In this document: in pieces, positions 38,901 to 53,159 of the stretch
How the letters are laid out: each line of letters starts with the position of its first letter
Position numbering within the stretch: the first letter of the stretch is position 1
Assembly (NCBI RefSeq): GCF_964204645.1
Contig: NC_134036.1
Span: 2,108,001-2,172,000 of the forward strand
DNA: 64,000 bases
Reading direction: 5' to 3'
Source: Tubulanus polymorphus
Lineage: Eukaryota; Animalia; Nemertea
Made by a program: the position numbers and the translations under genes
Notes under the pieces: generated by a model
Told to the model about the DNA's origin: nothing
Database searches by the model: none
What the model saw: only the letters and a program-made list of their open reading frames with translations

Positions 38901-41900
38901 GTCAGGTTTAAAAAGACATCATAGGCACACAAGTTGTATCTCCATTTGAAAAGCATGTACCGGAACGCAAGGCCGCACGCGTGGGCTCCGCAGACGGCGG
39001 ACACACTCCGGACACGCGAGTTGACTCAAGCCGAACAGGTTTCAACTCGCTTTGACATTTCTAGCGATGACAATAACACGCGATTCGTTGTCACGCCACG
39101 CACCTGCGTAACAGGTTGACAACCCTTAGGCTAGTATAGACTCTTTGACTTAAATATCAATCTGTTGAACTTTGTTTGGAGCTTACGAAAGGGACACGAA
39201 TCAGTGATTTACTCCAAGGTTTAAGGCACTATCACTATCAGGAAGCTATGTAAACATTTAGGTTACACACACATGTCCAACTTTTGTCCATGGGCAGCCC
39301 ATTGCCCTTGTAGGCATATCGGCCAGCCAGCAAGTAGAAATCACTATAAATACTTTTCGGGCAAACAAACCGCGAGCAAGGCCTCCATTTCCGCAAAATG
39401 ATTTTACAAAGATATAATAATGTACAGCGGTGTAGCCCAAAACTTGCTATTTAGGCGTATCGGCCAACCGGCCAGTAGTACTCAAAGTACATAATTTCTG
39501 GACAAAGCGTTATTTTACCCACAGATTGGCCCAAAACTAGCTATATTCTCGCCGATACAGGGGAACACTATCTGTAATGTAAACCTATAGGCTACACACA
39601 CGCGCGCATGTCCTGGTCTGATATAGATCTGTAATTAACAGGTCGCGCGGACAGTTTTGTCTCTTTATGAACAAAAAAGAAACCGATTTGTCAATTTTGA
39701 CATTTTTACGACGAAGCTTCTTTAACAATGTACAATGTATTATTACACTGTGGGGAAATTCTAAGTACACAAACTCACACACATATACGGCGGCAATAAA
39801 ACTACCGATATACCCCCTATAGACTATACGTATGCATTTTTATGGACATTTTTCTAATACGTTTAATTCCGAGACTTTGCTAGAGAAATCTGAAGATTTA
39901 TTGAGTCAGGCATCTTTTCTGGAAGGTGTCATGAAATCAATGATGTCATAAGGGGATTTATGGGGGTAGACATCTTTACTAGAAGTGTCAATTTTTAGTA
40001 TCGTTATATATGATGATGTCATAGGGAGGTTCATGAAGGCAGACATCTTTTCTGGAAGTGTCTATATCACTTCATCTATTTATTGATGTCATAGGGGGAT
40101 TTATGGGGCAGCCACAATCTCTAGTTTTGTCTCTTTTGAGAGTAATGGAGGCTACCGTCTTTCTCAGAAGCAACACACTCATTTTGACAATGATGTCATA
40201 GGTGGATCTTATGCAGGTTGCCATCTTGAAGAATAATTTACAAACAGGTTACTGCACCCACTTTCAAACGGAAGTCACGTGCCAGTCAGTCAGATGAAGT
40301 CTCGGTCCGAGGGGAAAAATTATCGTCGTTTCGTTCAGAAATCATTTATTTACGATAAAAAAGGGAACCTAACACCGTCGTCGTTTCGCGTGGGAGTTTT
40401 AACGATTTTATTTATTCACACACAGTCTCGAGTCCATTAGCCAGAGAACACGTGACCGGAAACGCTGATTACTTGCACAGCAGACGAAAAAATGATTTCC
40501 ACGACTGCGGAATTCAAGAATAGTAATTTTTTGAAAGATTTTTATCAAAACCTCTTATCATCGTGGGGGAGGGGTGGCCATTGCCGTAGTTGATATGAAA
40601 GTTTAGCTAGAAAGTTTAATTAGATAAGAATTAGGAAATTTTAAAAAAAAGAAAAAAAACTAGCAATGCAGTTCATGAAGCTTCGATAAAAACGTAAGCT
40701 TACTTAGTTTAAGCCCAGTCTTGAAAATTAATTGAGTTAAATTATGTCAGATTAAGCCTAAGCTTTCAAAGATAAAGTTTAAGCTTAGAGAAAATCAGAG
40801 TTTGATGTTTTTCATTAAAAATGAACCCAAGCGTTCGGAGATCATCTCTTAACATTCCGTTATCTACAGATGTAGATAATTTCAGCAAGCGACACCTGTT
40901 GGCAGCTTTTGCAAATCCGAACGAATTAATCTCGAATTAGAAAAAGTAAAATTGCAAATTGATCATTTGAAGCAGATTTTTTTTCCAAATGAATCGAAAA
41001 TTAAAACTTCCCATTTGAAGTTACTTTTACAACAACTAATTCTTAAAAAAAACAACTTTCGACATCCAACGTTCGCCGATATTCAAGCCGTTATTAGCCA
41101 GAGCAGACGATCCCCAAACCGCTCAAAGATACGGATTAGATTTCAAACTGATCAAACATGGGATTCGTGAAAAAAACCCGCAATTTCAATCTAGTACCAT
41201 CATTTTGCGTTGGTTGCGCGGAAGACTGTCTTTTCAATTTCCCTTTGACGGAGATTGTGTAAGAAAATCCCAACAGCGAAAAGAAATTAGCACGGAATCA
41301 TTAGTCAATTGAGGCAAACCCCCCGCGGTGTCGAGAAACTCGAATCGAAAATCTGAAATCGTAAATTCTCCTTTTGTTAGGCGGTTTATTTTGATGTCGT
41401 TCGCGAGGCGCGCGTCGCAGGTTTTTTCCCTCGCCGAGATTAAAATTGCTTTTAGAATCGAAATTGTGAATTGAATAAAAAAGTTCCTGCACAGCGTTCG
41501 AAAGCTGCTTCTATGGCGATGTTAATTACCGCTGCGCGTGCGTGTTCAAATTGACGCTGCCGCGCTACAATGTAGTCGGTTTGTAACCGTCGGGTATTGT
41601 TGTAAATTCGTTGTCACGTCGACGCAACTGCGGAAAATTTGAAAAATGGATATCTTTTCTTCGTTGTCAATGTTAACTTTGAAGTCTGAATTAAGCTTTT
41701 AAAAGATATTAAATCTACTTTTTGGGTATTTACTTTTCTATAACTCTCGGCTACAATGCTGTCGGTTTTGAAAAAAAGGCCTTTCTTTCCTTTTGTGCGA
41801 AAACCTCGAACAGTCATTGTCGTTTTTATCCGGTTGCGTAGCGACTGAAATCGATCGCAGACGACATTCCCTTAGCGCTATACACTTCAAAATACCGTCA

Positions 41901-43675
41901 GAGTTTTCGAAAAAATATAATAACCGAAATATTGTCCGTTTTGAGGATTAACAACAGGCAACACGACCCTTCACCGGACTTTATAATGGTATTATCATGT
42001 CTGGTTTATAACACAGACGCGAAAAGGTCTGGAATAACATGATTTTGGTCTTTGTTGCCACTGCTGCTGCTGCTGATGGTACAAACTCTTAAAGGTTTTT
42101 TTTTAATTTTCCTGCAAACTGCGGTCGTCGGCATTTTATGGATAATATTTTGAACGTGTAACAAACAACAGCAGCGACCGTTACTTATGGTCACTATGAG
42201 ACTTTTTTGTGAGGTCATTTTGATTAATGATAATATTTTATCTCTTAGTAAAAGATATCGCTTCTAAACAATTATCAGCGTCGATAGAATATTGACATCC
42301 ACTCTGGTAGGAACAGCAGATATTTTTCAAGGTGTAGCTGATTTTCTAGGAGGTGTCTGATTTTCAAAGGGGTGGATGTAAAAGTGAAAGTGTTGGCCAG
42401 CCCTCGAAAACCAGTTGTGGGTAACACTGAACTGATCTATTTCTTTATCTCTTAATAAAAGATTTCGCTCCTGAACTTATGAAATTGTTCATCATGTTAT
42501 CAGTACATGGCCGAATATGAGTTACTATTTGTCGAACCTTCTACAGCTAAAAGTTCACGTAGATTAAAACGCGCACTTCAAATTTCATCGTTTCGTGCAA
42601 TTATAAATCAGTTTGCGCTGGGTAAATATGAACAAACGGCTGGAAATGGCGCCTAGAACAGGCTATCCATACGATATGCACACATAAACCCCTCTAGTAA
42701 ATATAAGAGAGATATAAGGGGGGGGGGCAGGTGGCCGAGTCATGGAACACCTTTACATTTCGTTGTCACCTCTCGAATCAGAAATGAATTGATTTTTTTT
42801 TCGGTAATATTTCATTGAAATATGACGAATTTAAAAGTTCAGATTAATCAGTTATGAACAGTTACAACTTTCATATATCTCTGTTCTAATAGTAATCGAC
42901 AGTTAGATCCTCACAATTTACATTTTACAGGGGATGGTTACAGCACCAAATAAGGAAGTAAAAGGATTTACGAATAATTCTCGGTAAATTTCTCGATTTT
43001 AGTTGAAATGTCTCGAGTTTCGAGGTAAATAATTGACGTCGGAAGAAAGGTGCTAATTATGCAGAGAATTCTATCAGCAATTTACAGAATTATTGAGCCT
43101 GCGTCATGAGTAACAGGTTTAAATGTCGTCTGTGAAATAGTTTGAACCCGTCCTGGGGGTCCGGTGATACAGTGGCACAGTTTTGCTATGAATCGAAAAA
43201 GCAGCACCGTAAATATTGTTTGGTATCTGAAAGATTTTGGAATGGAGTTTTGACTTAACATTATAGGCACCAAGTGAAGCTTCCCACTGGTATACCATAG
43301 GCAGTTACTATAAGTTAAGCTTCCAATTCTTAGCCAAGTATTTGTAGAAGACACCCTGTATTTCTAGGAGATTTTCTGACGCAGGTTTATGACGGGAATA
43401 TCGTTTGCTATATGGTGAAACAGGATTTAATCTATGATGGATGTCCGATGTAAAACCTCACAGTTCAAGGAGATAAAAACCCGTTATATATATACCGATA
43501 TATTATACCAGGTTTTATCGGGGAACCTGAGCAATAAATTATAGAACCGAAATGTTTTCCCCTAAAGCGATTTCTTTATCAGAAAACTGTGAGGAAAAAG
43601 GCAGCACCGATGCAGCACATGTGTGTTCGTCTGGCCTGTTAATCTCGGTTGTAAACTAGAATTACTAGTCACACT

Positions 43676-43688
43676 ATTGCTGTTGCTG

Positions 43689-43728
<40 letters not shown>

Positions 43729-43796
43729 TATAGTATTCGATTCGATTAGCTTTTAAAATTGTCAAATTATTTTCATGATGCTGCTGCTGCTGTTAG

Positions 43797-43837
<41 letters not shown>
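43676..43837. repeat. (CTG)n trinucleotide tracts
   Basis: Two TGC/CTG runs. Similar tracts at 43975-44018 and 56332-56410. Confidence 0.92.
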
Positions 43838-43838
<1 letters not shown>

Positions 43839-44264
43839 ACAATTACATCTTGCCAAGTTCTAAATAGTGAAATTAACCACAATCTACACTTTGATAAACC
43901 CCTGTTTTACAAAACAGTGTTAGTAGCCCTTTAGTATTTCAATCATAAGTACAATTTAAAGATCCAAACAATAGCAGTGCTGTTGCAGTTGCTGCTACTG
44001 CTGTTGTTACTGCTGCTGAATTCATCACGTCTAAATAGTCAAATTGTTATCACGGTTATCCCTGTTCATTCCCCTCTGATCTGTGGGATCGATTATCACG
44101 GATTTATCAGGTATTACAAGATTTGCACCGCTAGCACTGCGGAATAAGCTATCCTTAATAAAACTCTTCACCCACAAGAGAACGCATTGATGATATACAT
44201 AATCTCATCCATCAGTTACATCACCATGTTTTGCAATCATCAAGTCAAAAGTCATAAGCCACAG

Positions 44265-44400
44265 GGGCCGGTTGCAGTCATGGCTTAGACTTAAGACCAG
44301 TCTAAGACCAACTTGGTTCTAAAGCCAATCTAAAAACTTAAGACCAGCCTAAAGATTAAAGACCACCTTTAGACTAAAGTCACGACTGTGCAACTGGCCC
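44265..44400. mobile_element. PIF/Harbinger-type MITE family A, copy 2 (136 bp)
   Basis: Same TIRs and interior as 12442-12579. CAG at 44262-44264 and 44401-44403. Confidence 0.88.
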
Positions 44401-45197
44401 CAGTAACAAAATTCATAAGCCACAGGTTATAAGTCACAAGCAGCTGAAATAACTAAACTTAGCTCGCAATAGTAGTTTCAAAATAACTAGGTCCTTACGG
44501 GGACTATGGTTTGACAGTGGATTAAGAATAAAACAGGGATTTAGAAAAGATTAAGCTCGGGTAAACCCTCGTAAAAATGTGGGCAACGCCCACTGGGGCC
44601 AAATTCAAAACGGCCGCCAAAATATGACCTACAGCCCATATTTGGTAAGAGTATCTAAAAGGAAAATGTGCATTGGTAACAATTACAAACTTCTTGAGCC
44701 GACGATTGAAGCAAGTTCATGCTTTCAAAGCTTTGTTAGCAAAATGGAAAACTACTTGAGCTGGGACTCTAACTTTTAGAACCAATTTACCGAGCAGAGA
44801 GCTTCTTCAAACTGGACCGACTGATCATTTTCAGAACCGAAACGATTCTTTCATTTTGCATTATTTCATTCTGATAACACAACATTTGCACCTCTGTGAA
44901 AAGTCGACGATAAGTCGATGCGTGATAACCTTATAAAGAACACATCACAGCAGATACCGTTACACTGAGGTTGGGCGTGTGTGTGTTTATTCAAACACGA
45001 TCTAGCGAATTGATATAACACCCGCCCCGGGGAACCCTTTCTTCCATCTCCATCTCTCGCTCTATGGCAGACGACATTATTCTAGCCTATGTCTATTTAT
45101 AATAATAATAATAATACTATTTTATATCCGGAGGAATCGATTTTTTCATTTCGTTTAACGTTCGACGCTTCGAGCTCTGAGCAGAAAAAAAAGTGAA

Positions 45198-45279
45198 AAG
45201 GGGAGAGGAGAGAGAGAGAGAGAGAGAGGGAGGGAGGGAGAGAGGGAGGGAGGGAGAGGGAGGGAGGGAGGGAGGGAGG

Positions 45280-45355
<76 letters not shown>

Positions 45356-45357
45356 CA
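45198..45357. repeat. (GA)n/(GGGA)n purine microsatellite
   Basis: Direct observation. Confidence 0.95.
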
Positions 45358-45961
45358 GAGAAACATGGGAGTGGAGGGTGTGAAAAAAAAGGCATAGCCA
45401 TATCAGTTTGTGTAACATGTTAAAATGTCAATGAAAGAAGGGAAATGTGAGAAGGGAGAATGGTAAAAATACCGCCATTTTATCTTTTGTCATAAAATGT
45501 CATCTAAAGTGAAAAAAATTTTAACAATAATTGAAATAATATAAGGATATCATATTTGTTATTCGGTATTTTGTTGCCGAGGTTGGGAAAAAAGGTTCAA
45601 CCATATCGGTTTAACTTGAGTCATATCAAAATGCCAATCCCCATCAGTGAAAAAAATATTAATGATAATAATTTTAATGATATAAAAATATTAAATTTAT
45701 TTCTTAGCATTTTGATGCCGATACAAATGTCGCCCACACACATGTATAACGTGATAGCAGTCTAAAGGGCTTATATTGGCGTGACGTTGCCCGAGCCTGA
45801 AGCACGCCCAAGGGCGCCAGAAATTAAAGGTCTTTATTGATCGTTGTCTTAAATCTGTTCCATCTAATCGAAAATTATATTTGTATCTGCTGTTTTCGTG
45901 ACGTTCGTCACCGCATAAGTGAATACTTCGTCACATTTTACTGAAGCCATGAGAGAAAAGA

Positions 45962-46064
45962 GACTCCATGATTTGAAAGTTTAACAATATGTTTCCATGC
46001 CTACCAACTGAAGTTTGGTACGTAGGCATGGAAACATATTGTTAAACTTTCAAATCATGGAGTC
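45962..46064. repeat. Perfect 43-bp inverted repeat with 17-nt spacer
   Basis: GACTCCATGATTTGAAAGTTTAACAATATGTTTCCATGCCTAC (45962-46004) and its exact reverse complement (46022-46064). Confidence 0.95.
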
Positions 46065-46288
46065 ACATCTCATCATTTAACCCCTTTCAGTGAAGACTTT
46101 TTGGATATCCTTCAATACAGTTTCAAATGGATTAAAGAAATGATGATTTAGGTCGACTGCCCGTCCTTTCTGGTCCTATTAAGACCATTATCAGGTATGT
46201 ACTACCAAAAATGAGCGAGCTAAGCCACTCGGAATGTTCTCAAGTCAGGTTGAAATAGACATTAGGAAGTATATAAGATAAATACCTG

Positions 46289-46397
46289 GGCCCGGTTTTA
46301 TAGACTGGTAATACCTTCAGCCCGAGGGCTAACTCGATTTAAATTAAATTGAGTTAGCTCCCGGCTTAAAGGTAATACCGGTTTATAATACCGGGTC
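46289..46397. mobile_element. Fold-back MITE family C (near-complete palindrome)
   Basis: GGCCCGGTTTTATAGACTGGTAATACCTT...AAGGTAATACCGGTTTATAATACCGGGTC, self-complementary along its length, with CTG/CAG flanks. Homolog at 35150-35246. Confidence 0.78.
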
Positions 46398-49300
46398 CAG
46401 ATGTATTCCTAGGTAGGCCTATATCAATTTACAAAATCATCATCTGCATAAGTTGTCACAATACTGAAGTCATCTCTATTTTTGAGTCTCAATTTGTATT
46501 AAAAATTCAATTTACTAAGTGTATGTCATTATTGGTATTAATATAAGTCGTCACATTGCTGAAGTTAAATCTCAATTAGTTATTCTGATGATTGAATTCA
46601 CTTACAAAATACAAATCATTATAATATAAGTGGTCACATGACCGAAGTCGAAAATATTTTCTGATCCCAAATTGGTTGCGTCTCTAATTCAATCTACAAA
46701 GTTTACACCTGATAAGAAATCGATGACTAAATGATCGCCCAAAAATTATCTATTTTACGATTCTAAAAACGAAACTGAAACACCCACACGATCGATATCT
46801 TTAGGGTTACTAGAGTTTACGATTATTGATTTTTCGATTTATTGCCATAAAACGAATATATTCAAATAAAAAATGAATTACTGAACTTCACTTAACCTGC
46901 TTCATAAGTTACCGGAGAAATTTTCACGCCTCTCATTTATTTCTAAACGAAAACCACGATCTAAAAGTCACCAGAGTCGATATATCAAATTTCGCGTTTA
47001 ACATTTTGATATATCACATATCAGCATATGAATAGCAGCAGATTTGGGCGAATTGGAAAAAGAAGTTGCAAGAGACTCTCTTTGGGAATCGATTTTCGTC
47101 CCAGTTTATCACCTATGATCCAAGCAGGCCCCAGTTTCACGAGAAAGCTAACTGAAAGTTTATTGGTTCAATAGCTGACATTGGTTTCAAACGAGAACAC
47201 AACAATATTCAAACTTAACGGTTTTAAGCTTGTAAACTTGTTCATGGAACTGTCGACCGTGATCACGTGGTTTATGCCTTTAACATTTTCAAGAACTATT
47301 ATGTAGGCGTTATCAGAGAAGAATGCTACATTCGAAAATTCGAATTAGAAATCTTTTCGGACCTTCGGTGAAATTCTAGATTCGGTTTAAATTGGTATTT
47401 TGCTCTCGAAGAAGGTTGTTTTGAGAGTCATAACATTTTCACGAAGGACCCATAATTGAGGGTTTTTACAGGGACGAATGCTACATTCGAAAATTCGTAA
47501 TTGATTTCGGACTTGGTATCATTCTAGAGTAGTTTGGTTTAAATTGGCATTTTGCAGAATGACTTTTAAAAAAACCGTCTTCGTGAGCGAAATGTTTTGG
47601 ATCCAGACAAACAATGATGGATTCAGTTCCAAAGTTATATGAGTTAAGATTTTACTCGAAACAAAGTTGGAAATGAAATATTCTGACTTGATAAATCTCG
47701 ACTTAATAATAGAATCAAAACATTGGCAATAAACTTTATGATTCGAACTTAGATGATTTGGAATCGAACTCATTCACCGAACTAAACTGAAACTTTTCAA
47801 GAAATCGAAAAACAACTTTTCCAAAAATTTTCCAATTCGCCCACATCACACATTTTTGATTAATTCCTACGTTACCCCAGGTGATACTACGAGAGTAGTC
47901 GCGTCGATGTTATTATCTATCGAGGATTAGTTGCCGAGCGATCGGGAAGAGTAATTCGGATTATTGCGAACGAAAAAATTAATTCACGTTTCACACGTCG
48001 AGTAGATTAGCGAATACTCCGAGATTAAATCCTCACGGGCCTAGTAGCCATAGCAATCATAATCCGTGGAGTAAAAAAATAATCCGGGATTAATCCTTTC
48101 TCGCGCTCTAAGTATATAGATACATGTAGACGTAATCCGGTGGTAAAGTAATCCACGTGCAGCAAGCGCGCTTACAACCGAATGTCAACGCTTTACAACA
48201 ACGTAAGCGTTGGATAGCGTTATTATAACGTCAACGTCGCACACGGCGGTAGTAACGTTGCGTTTACGTACGTTTAAAAGCTGCACGAGTCGACCGCAGC
48301 GCTCAGCGCAACCGGCGAGCGAGGTATTCACCGTCGACTCGATCGCCACCTGGTGACTTAACCGAGAAACATTTGATTCGACGCATCGCACGCGTAGTTA
48401 GCGGTTAATACGATAGATGGCGCAGTAATTTAGGCAGGATGGCGTTAAATTGACACCAAAATAGTATTTAGATTTTTAACTAAAAAGAAGTAATTTCCTG
48501 ACTAACACTCTTAGACATTTCAAAACCAACCTTGTGACCCTCGTTTAAATATACCCTTTGCTACCATGGTGTCATAATAGTTAGATTGACATAGCCATAT
48601 CTCACTCCATTAGCGCCGGATCCAAGGACGTTAAGACTTATTTTCATTTTTAACAGCCTTCCAAGTAAGCACAATCAAGAGCCTGAAGACGGAACGGACT
48701 CTGGTAAAACCTTAGAAAGCCCAAAGACAAAGCCTTATATTATTACATCAATTAGAATTTCTAACAACTTCGAGATTTTGCATCTCATTATTTTTAGCAT
48801 CTGAAAAAATCGATTGTAAAATTCAACAAAGGTCTATTTTATCACGGATAACAAATGCAACGACGTCCAAAGAAGAACTCGGTTTTGTCGGCCGTATCAG
48901 TCTAATATCGTGTCTTAAAGGCGAGTGGAGGTAAGGCTGTTGTCATAGTGAAAATTATTTGATCCAGTCACCTCCGATGATGAAAGGCAGACCCCTCCCC
49001 CTCTATCTCAGCGCCCCTAAGGTGCTACCAGGTATATTTACAGAGACAGCGCGCGAAGACGATACGCACCGATAAAGTTCATCTGTCTCATCATATAACA
49101 TGTAACATTTAAGGTCGTCTGCTTAAAAAGAGACGTAGGTAGTTTTTTTATCGATAGAGAAGGGCAGACGATTTTTTTACTTTCTGCAGAGCGGCGATTG
49201 TGAGTGCGTAATTACTAGATCTAAAGACGGATAGATTCAGGAGAGGAAAGGGTAGAGAGGGAGGTGAGGAGGGAGAGAAAGCGATGGGAGGTGATGGAGA

Positions 49301-50194
49301 GAGCAGGGGAGAGAGGAAAGGACGACAGAACGGAACGGAGAAAGAATAGGAGAGGAAGAGGGGGCGGCGTGAGAGAGGAGGGAGGGAGATAAAGCAGGTC
49401 AGGGAGAACAGAGGATGGAGAGAGGGTCAGAGAGAGAAGGAGAGAGCGAGAGAAAAGGGGAGAGCAGGTCAGGGAGGGAGGTGAGATGAGAGCGAATGGA
49501 GAATGGCCAGAGAATGGGTGTGAGATCCTAGTCGAAGACTTAAATAGGGCGGGACGTAAATGGCAAAAAAGGTGAGTGAAATAGGGATAGTAAAAGTGGG
49601 ATGAAAGGTCAGGGAACTTGACAAGTAGCCCCTATACAACAAACGAATATAGTCAATAGTTCGTTCGATTTTGTTTTGATCCTCGTTTTTCCGGAAATCG
49701 ACTATTTGTACAATAACAAGATAATAGAGACAAAAAAACCCGGGCAGAAAACAATTCGTAGAAATCTGATTTGCGGCCGTCGTGAAGCCGTTTAACCTCT
49801 GATAGCCGCGTGAAAGGCTGCCTGGCTGGATACTGCCTCTGCTGCTGCTGCTGATGTTGCGGTTGATTTGATGATACGGCGCAGATAAAGTAGCCAAATA
49901 AAACCGTTACATCTTACCCGCAGGCGTCGAAATAGTCCGTCTCCATATTAGGCATCGGCAATTGAATTAGGTCGGCTTTTTTTCTCCTTTCTTGTTTTAT
50001 TATTGGCTTTGACCACACGACGTCCAAGCAACACGTATTCGATATATCCCCCTCTAGGTGCAATTGCTCTCTCTCAAGAGACTGACCTCGATCGTGAACA
50101 AACGTCAAACGTCATGAAAGCGACAATGAAAAATCGCCATGGAAATAACGGCTACATTTTTTCTTGTTGTTTGAAATAGATTTCACCTTTAAAA

Positions 50195-50692
50195 TTAGAT
50201 TTATGGGCATTACTAAAAATAGATTTAATTTAAGTCTCCAAATATTGCATTACTAAAAATAGATTTAATTGAAATCTGCAAATATGGGCATTACTAAAAA
50301 TAGATTTAATTTAAGTCTCCAAATATTGCATTACTAAAAATAGATTTAATTGAAATCTGCAAATATGGGCATTACTAAAAATAGATTTAATTTAAATCTC
50401 TCCAAATATGGATATTACTCAAAATAGATTTAATTGACACTTACAAATATGGACATTACTAAGAATAGATTCGAAAGATCCAAATATGGGCATTACAAAA
50501 AATAGATTTAATTTAAATCTCTCCAAATATGGATATTACTAAAAATAGATTTAATTGACACTTACAAATATGGACATTACTAAGAATAGATTCGAAAGAT
50601 CCAAATATGGGCATTACTAAACATAGTCATTGACATACTTACAAATATGGACATAACTAATTATAGATTCAAAATATCCAAATAAGGATATT
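50195..50692. repeat. ~40-bp AT-rich minisatellite with higher-order structure
   Basis: CAAATATGGGCATTACTAAAAATAGATTTAAT core, about 12 units. A related remnant lies at about 54885-54945. Confidence 0.92.
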
Positions 50693-51147
50693 TCTGGAAA
50701 TCGATGTTGGGAAATGTTCTATACAATTTCGGCAGAAAAAAAAAACAAGATAGATGCCACCAACTTCGTGAGACTCAAGAGGAGAAAGTGGAGAGACAGT
50801 TTGTGTCAAGTGGATATTTTTTCTTGTGGCAATATTTTCTTGTTGGCATCGCGATTATGTTGACAGTAATTTTACGGGTCACGTGAGACAGCCGAGTTTA
50901 GGTTCAGCGCACCGCACTGCGCCAAACTACGTTTTGTATGTGTAAGATTAAATTGTTTTTTTTCCTGCGAAAGACATAAATTTAGAAGACAGTTTTATGA
51001 GTCCCAAACAATGCAAACAAACACGTTATGATTACAGATACGCGGGGATGATTTATAAAAGGACCACAAGAGGAAAAGATCCAATTGTTCTTTCGACATG
51101 TGGATTCTAAGGAAAAGATCCAATTGTTCTTTCCACATGTCGTTTAA

Positions 51148-51590
51148 TTGGGGGTATGCAATCTTCCAAAGCTAGATAATTTATTGTACAATAACTTCAC
51201 GAGACAAACCATTTGGCAACTTTTAAGCCAGTTATATTATGACTGGTTGAAAAGTTGACAAAATAGTTTTTTGGGGGTATGCAATCTTCCAAAGCTAGAT
51301 AATTTACTGGATAAAAGCATCACGAGACAAACCAATATATAACTGGTTAAAAAGTTGCCAAAGTAGTTTTTTTTTCGGAGGGGGGAGGGTTGCAATCTTT
51401 CAGAGCTAGATAAATTACAGGACGTAACATAGGTTTACGAGACCTTTGAGAGAAACCATGTATTATTACATATATAACTAGTTAAAAAGTTGCCGATTTT
51501 TTTTTTGGGGGGGGGGGGAGGGGGTGCAATCTCTCTTTCTGAGATAAAAACAGTCAGATAAATTATGGGGCAGTGTTTTACGAGACCTTT
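51148..51590. repeat. Degenerate ~120-bp tandem repeat, 4 copies
   Basis: GGGG..TGCAATCTT..AGCTAGATAA..ACGAGAC..AACTGGTTAAAAAGTTGCC recurs, with expanding T/G homopolymers. Confidence 0.8.
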
Positions 51591-53159
51591 GAGAACGACT
51601 CGTGCAAACAGCAAAACTCTCAGGGTTACTGTAAGATGATTTATACCAGCAAGTCGCCGTTTCGGGCACACGCGGAGGCAACAAATCTCGGTTCTCATTT
51701 TATGAAATCCCGGCGGAGGTCAGAATCGATGAGGTTTTTATATAAACAATAATACCCGCCGACGAGCGAACGCTTGACGACACTTTTACGACTATATCAT
51801 CCCGAATAGATTTTACGACAAATGACCGTTTTGTTTTACGGCTTATTTCGTAAACGCGGATAATGGTGTTTTATTGGACGATATTGGATATCTGTCAGAT
51901 GGATAGAGAAGGTGGTCTGGAAGTCCAATCTCTCGATCGAGATCTATGTGGAAACGTTTCCACAATGTGTCCTAAGTCACAGATGGGTCGGACGAAATCA
52001 TAATATCATGAGTCTGGGTCTACAATATTATCTCAATTGGTCCCAATGACGTTCGGAAGTTCAAGCTCTGGACCATGGTCCATCTGAAACCCTGTACAAA
52101 CCATGTCCAAAGTCACAGCTGTAGAAATGGATGCAACAAAATCAAAATATCATGAATCTCAGACAGGGGGGTCTGGGAGTCCAAGCCATGGCCCAGATCC
52201 ATCTGGAACCGTGTCCAAAGTCACCACAATTGGGACAAAAGTCTCAACTCGGGCAAAAGTGAGAATTGTGGAAATCGTAGAGCTAAAAAAAAGGGTGTAA
52301 TTGAGTTTATGTGCCCATAGTGACGAGTCTTGAATCGAGTGCAGAGCCATAACTTCAGAACAGAGTCCAGAATGCCATGCGTGGAGTCACAAGTGTAGAT
52401 CTAACGAAACGAGTCCAAAGTGATAACCGTGAAACTTAATCCAAAATGTGACATCAATCATTTCATTTTCTGGGAATCCAAATGCCGTGTTTGAAACCTG
52501 AGTCCGAAGTCATAAACTTGAAACAGGATCCTGAATGTGACATCTTTCATTTGGTTTTCCGCGAAACCCGTTACCGGGGTGACTGCACTAATAGGACAAC
52601 AATCAACGAATCGACGTCACAAATCACAAACGACGTCCGCGCTGGAGTAAATTCACTCTCGGATTTACGACCATGGAATTTACTACTCCGGTAGTAATTT
52701 TACGACGCGTTAATATTGGATGTCGTAAAATCTGCTATCTAACGACGGCCGTAAAACGGTCGGAGGATGCGGAAAGTTACGGGAACGGCGAGAGAAACGG
52801 ACAAGTACCCCCGGTATCATCGACTCATAAATCAATAACCAGAGCAGACGATAGGTTCATAATGGAAGATCCTATTGCATTGTTGTCCAAATAACAGAAT
52901 AAACAGAATGAACACTAGTAGAATAAGAAGTACTTTCAAACGGAGCTCCTTTTTATAATTGATAATATGCAAATACGTTCGTGTAACATTTTTTATGAAT
53001 TCTTCTTTGGCACAAAAACTGAAAAAAGTTGTCTACTGTTTTTTTAATGTAAAATTACGATATTGGAATTGGGTCCTCATTGAAATTTCTATCCGACTAA
53101 TTTGAGATATCTGAGACGACCCGAGGAAAATGTGGTCTACAATATTATTGAACAACCTC

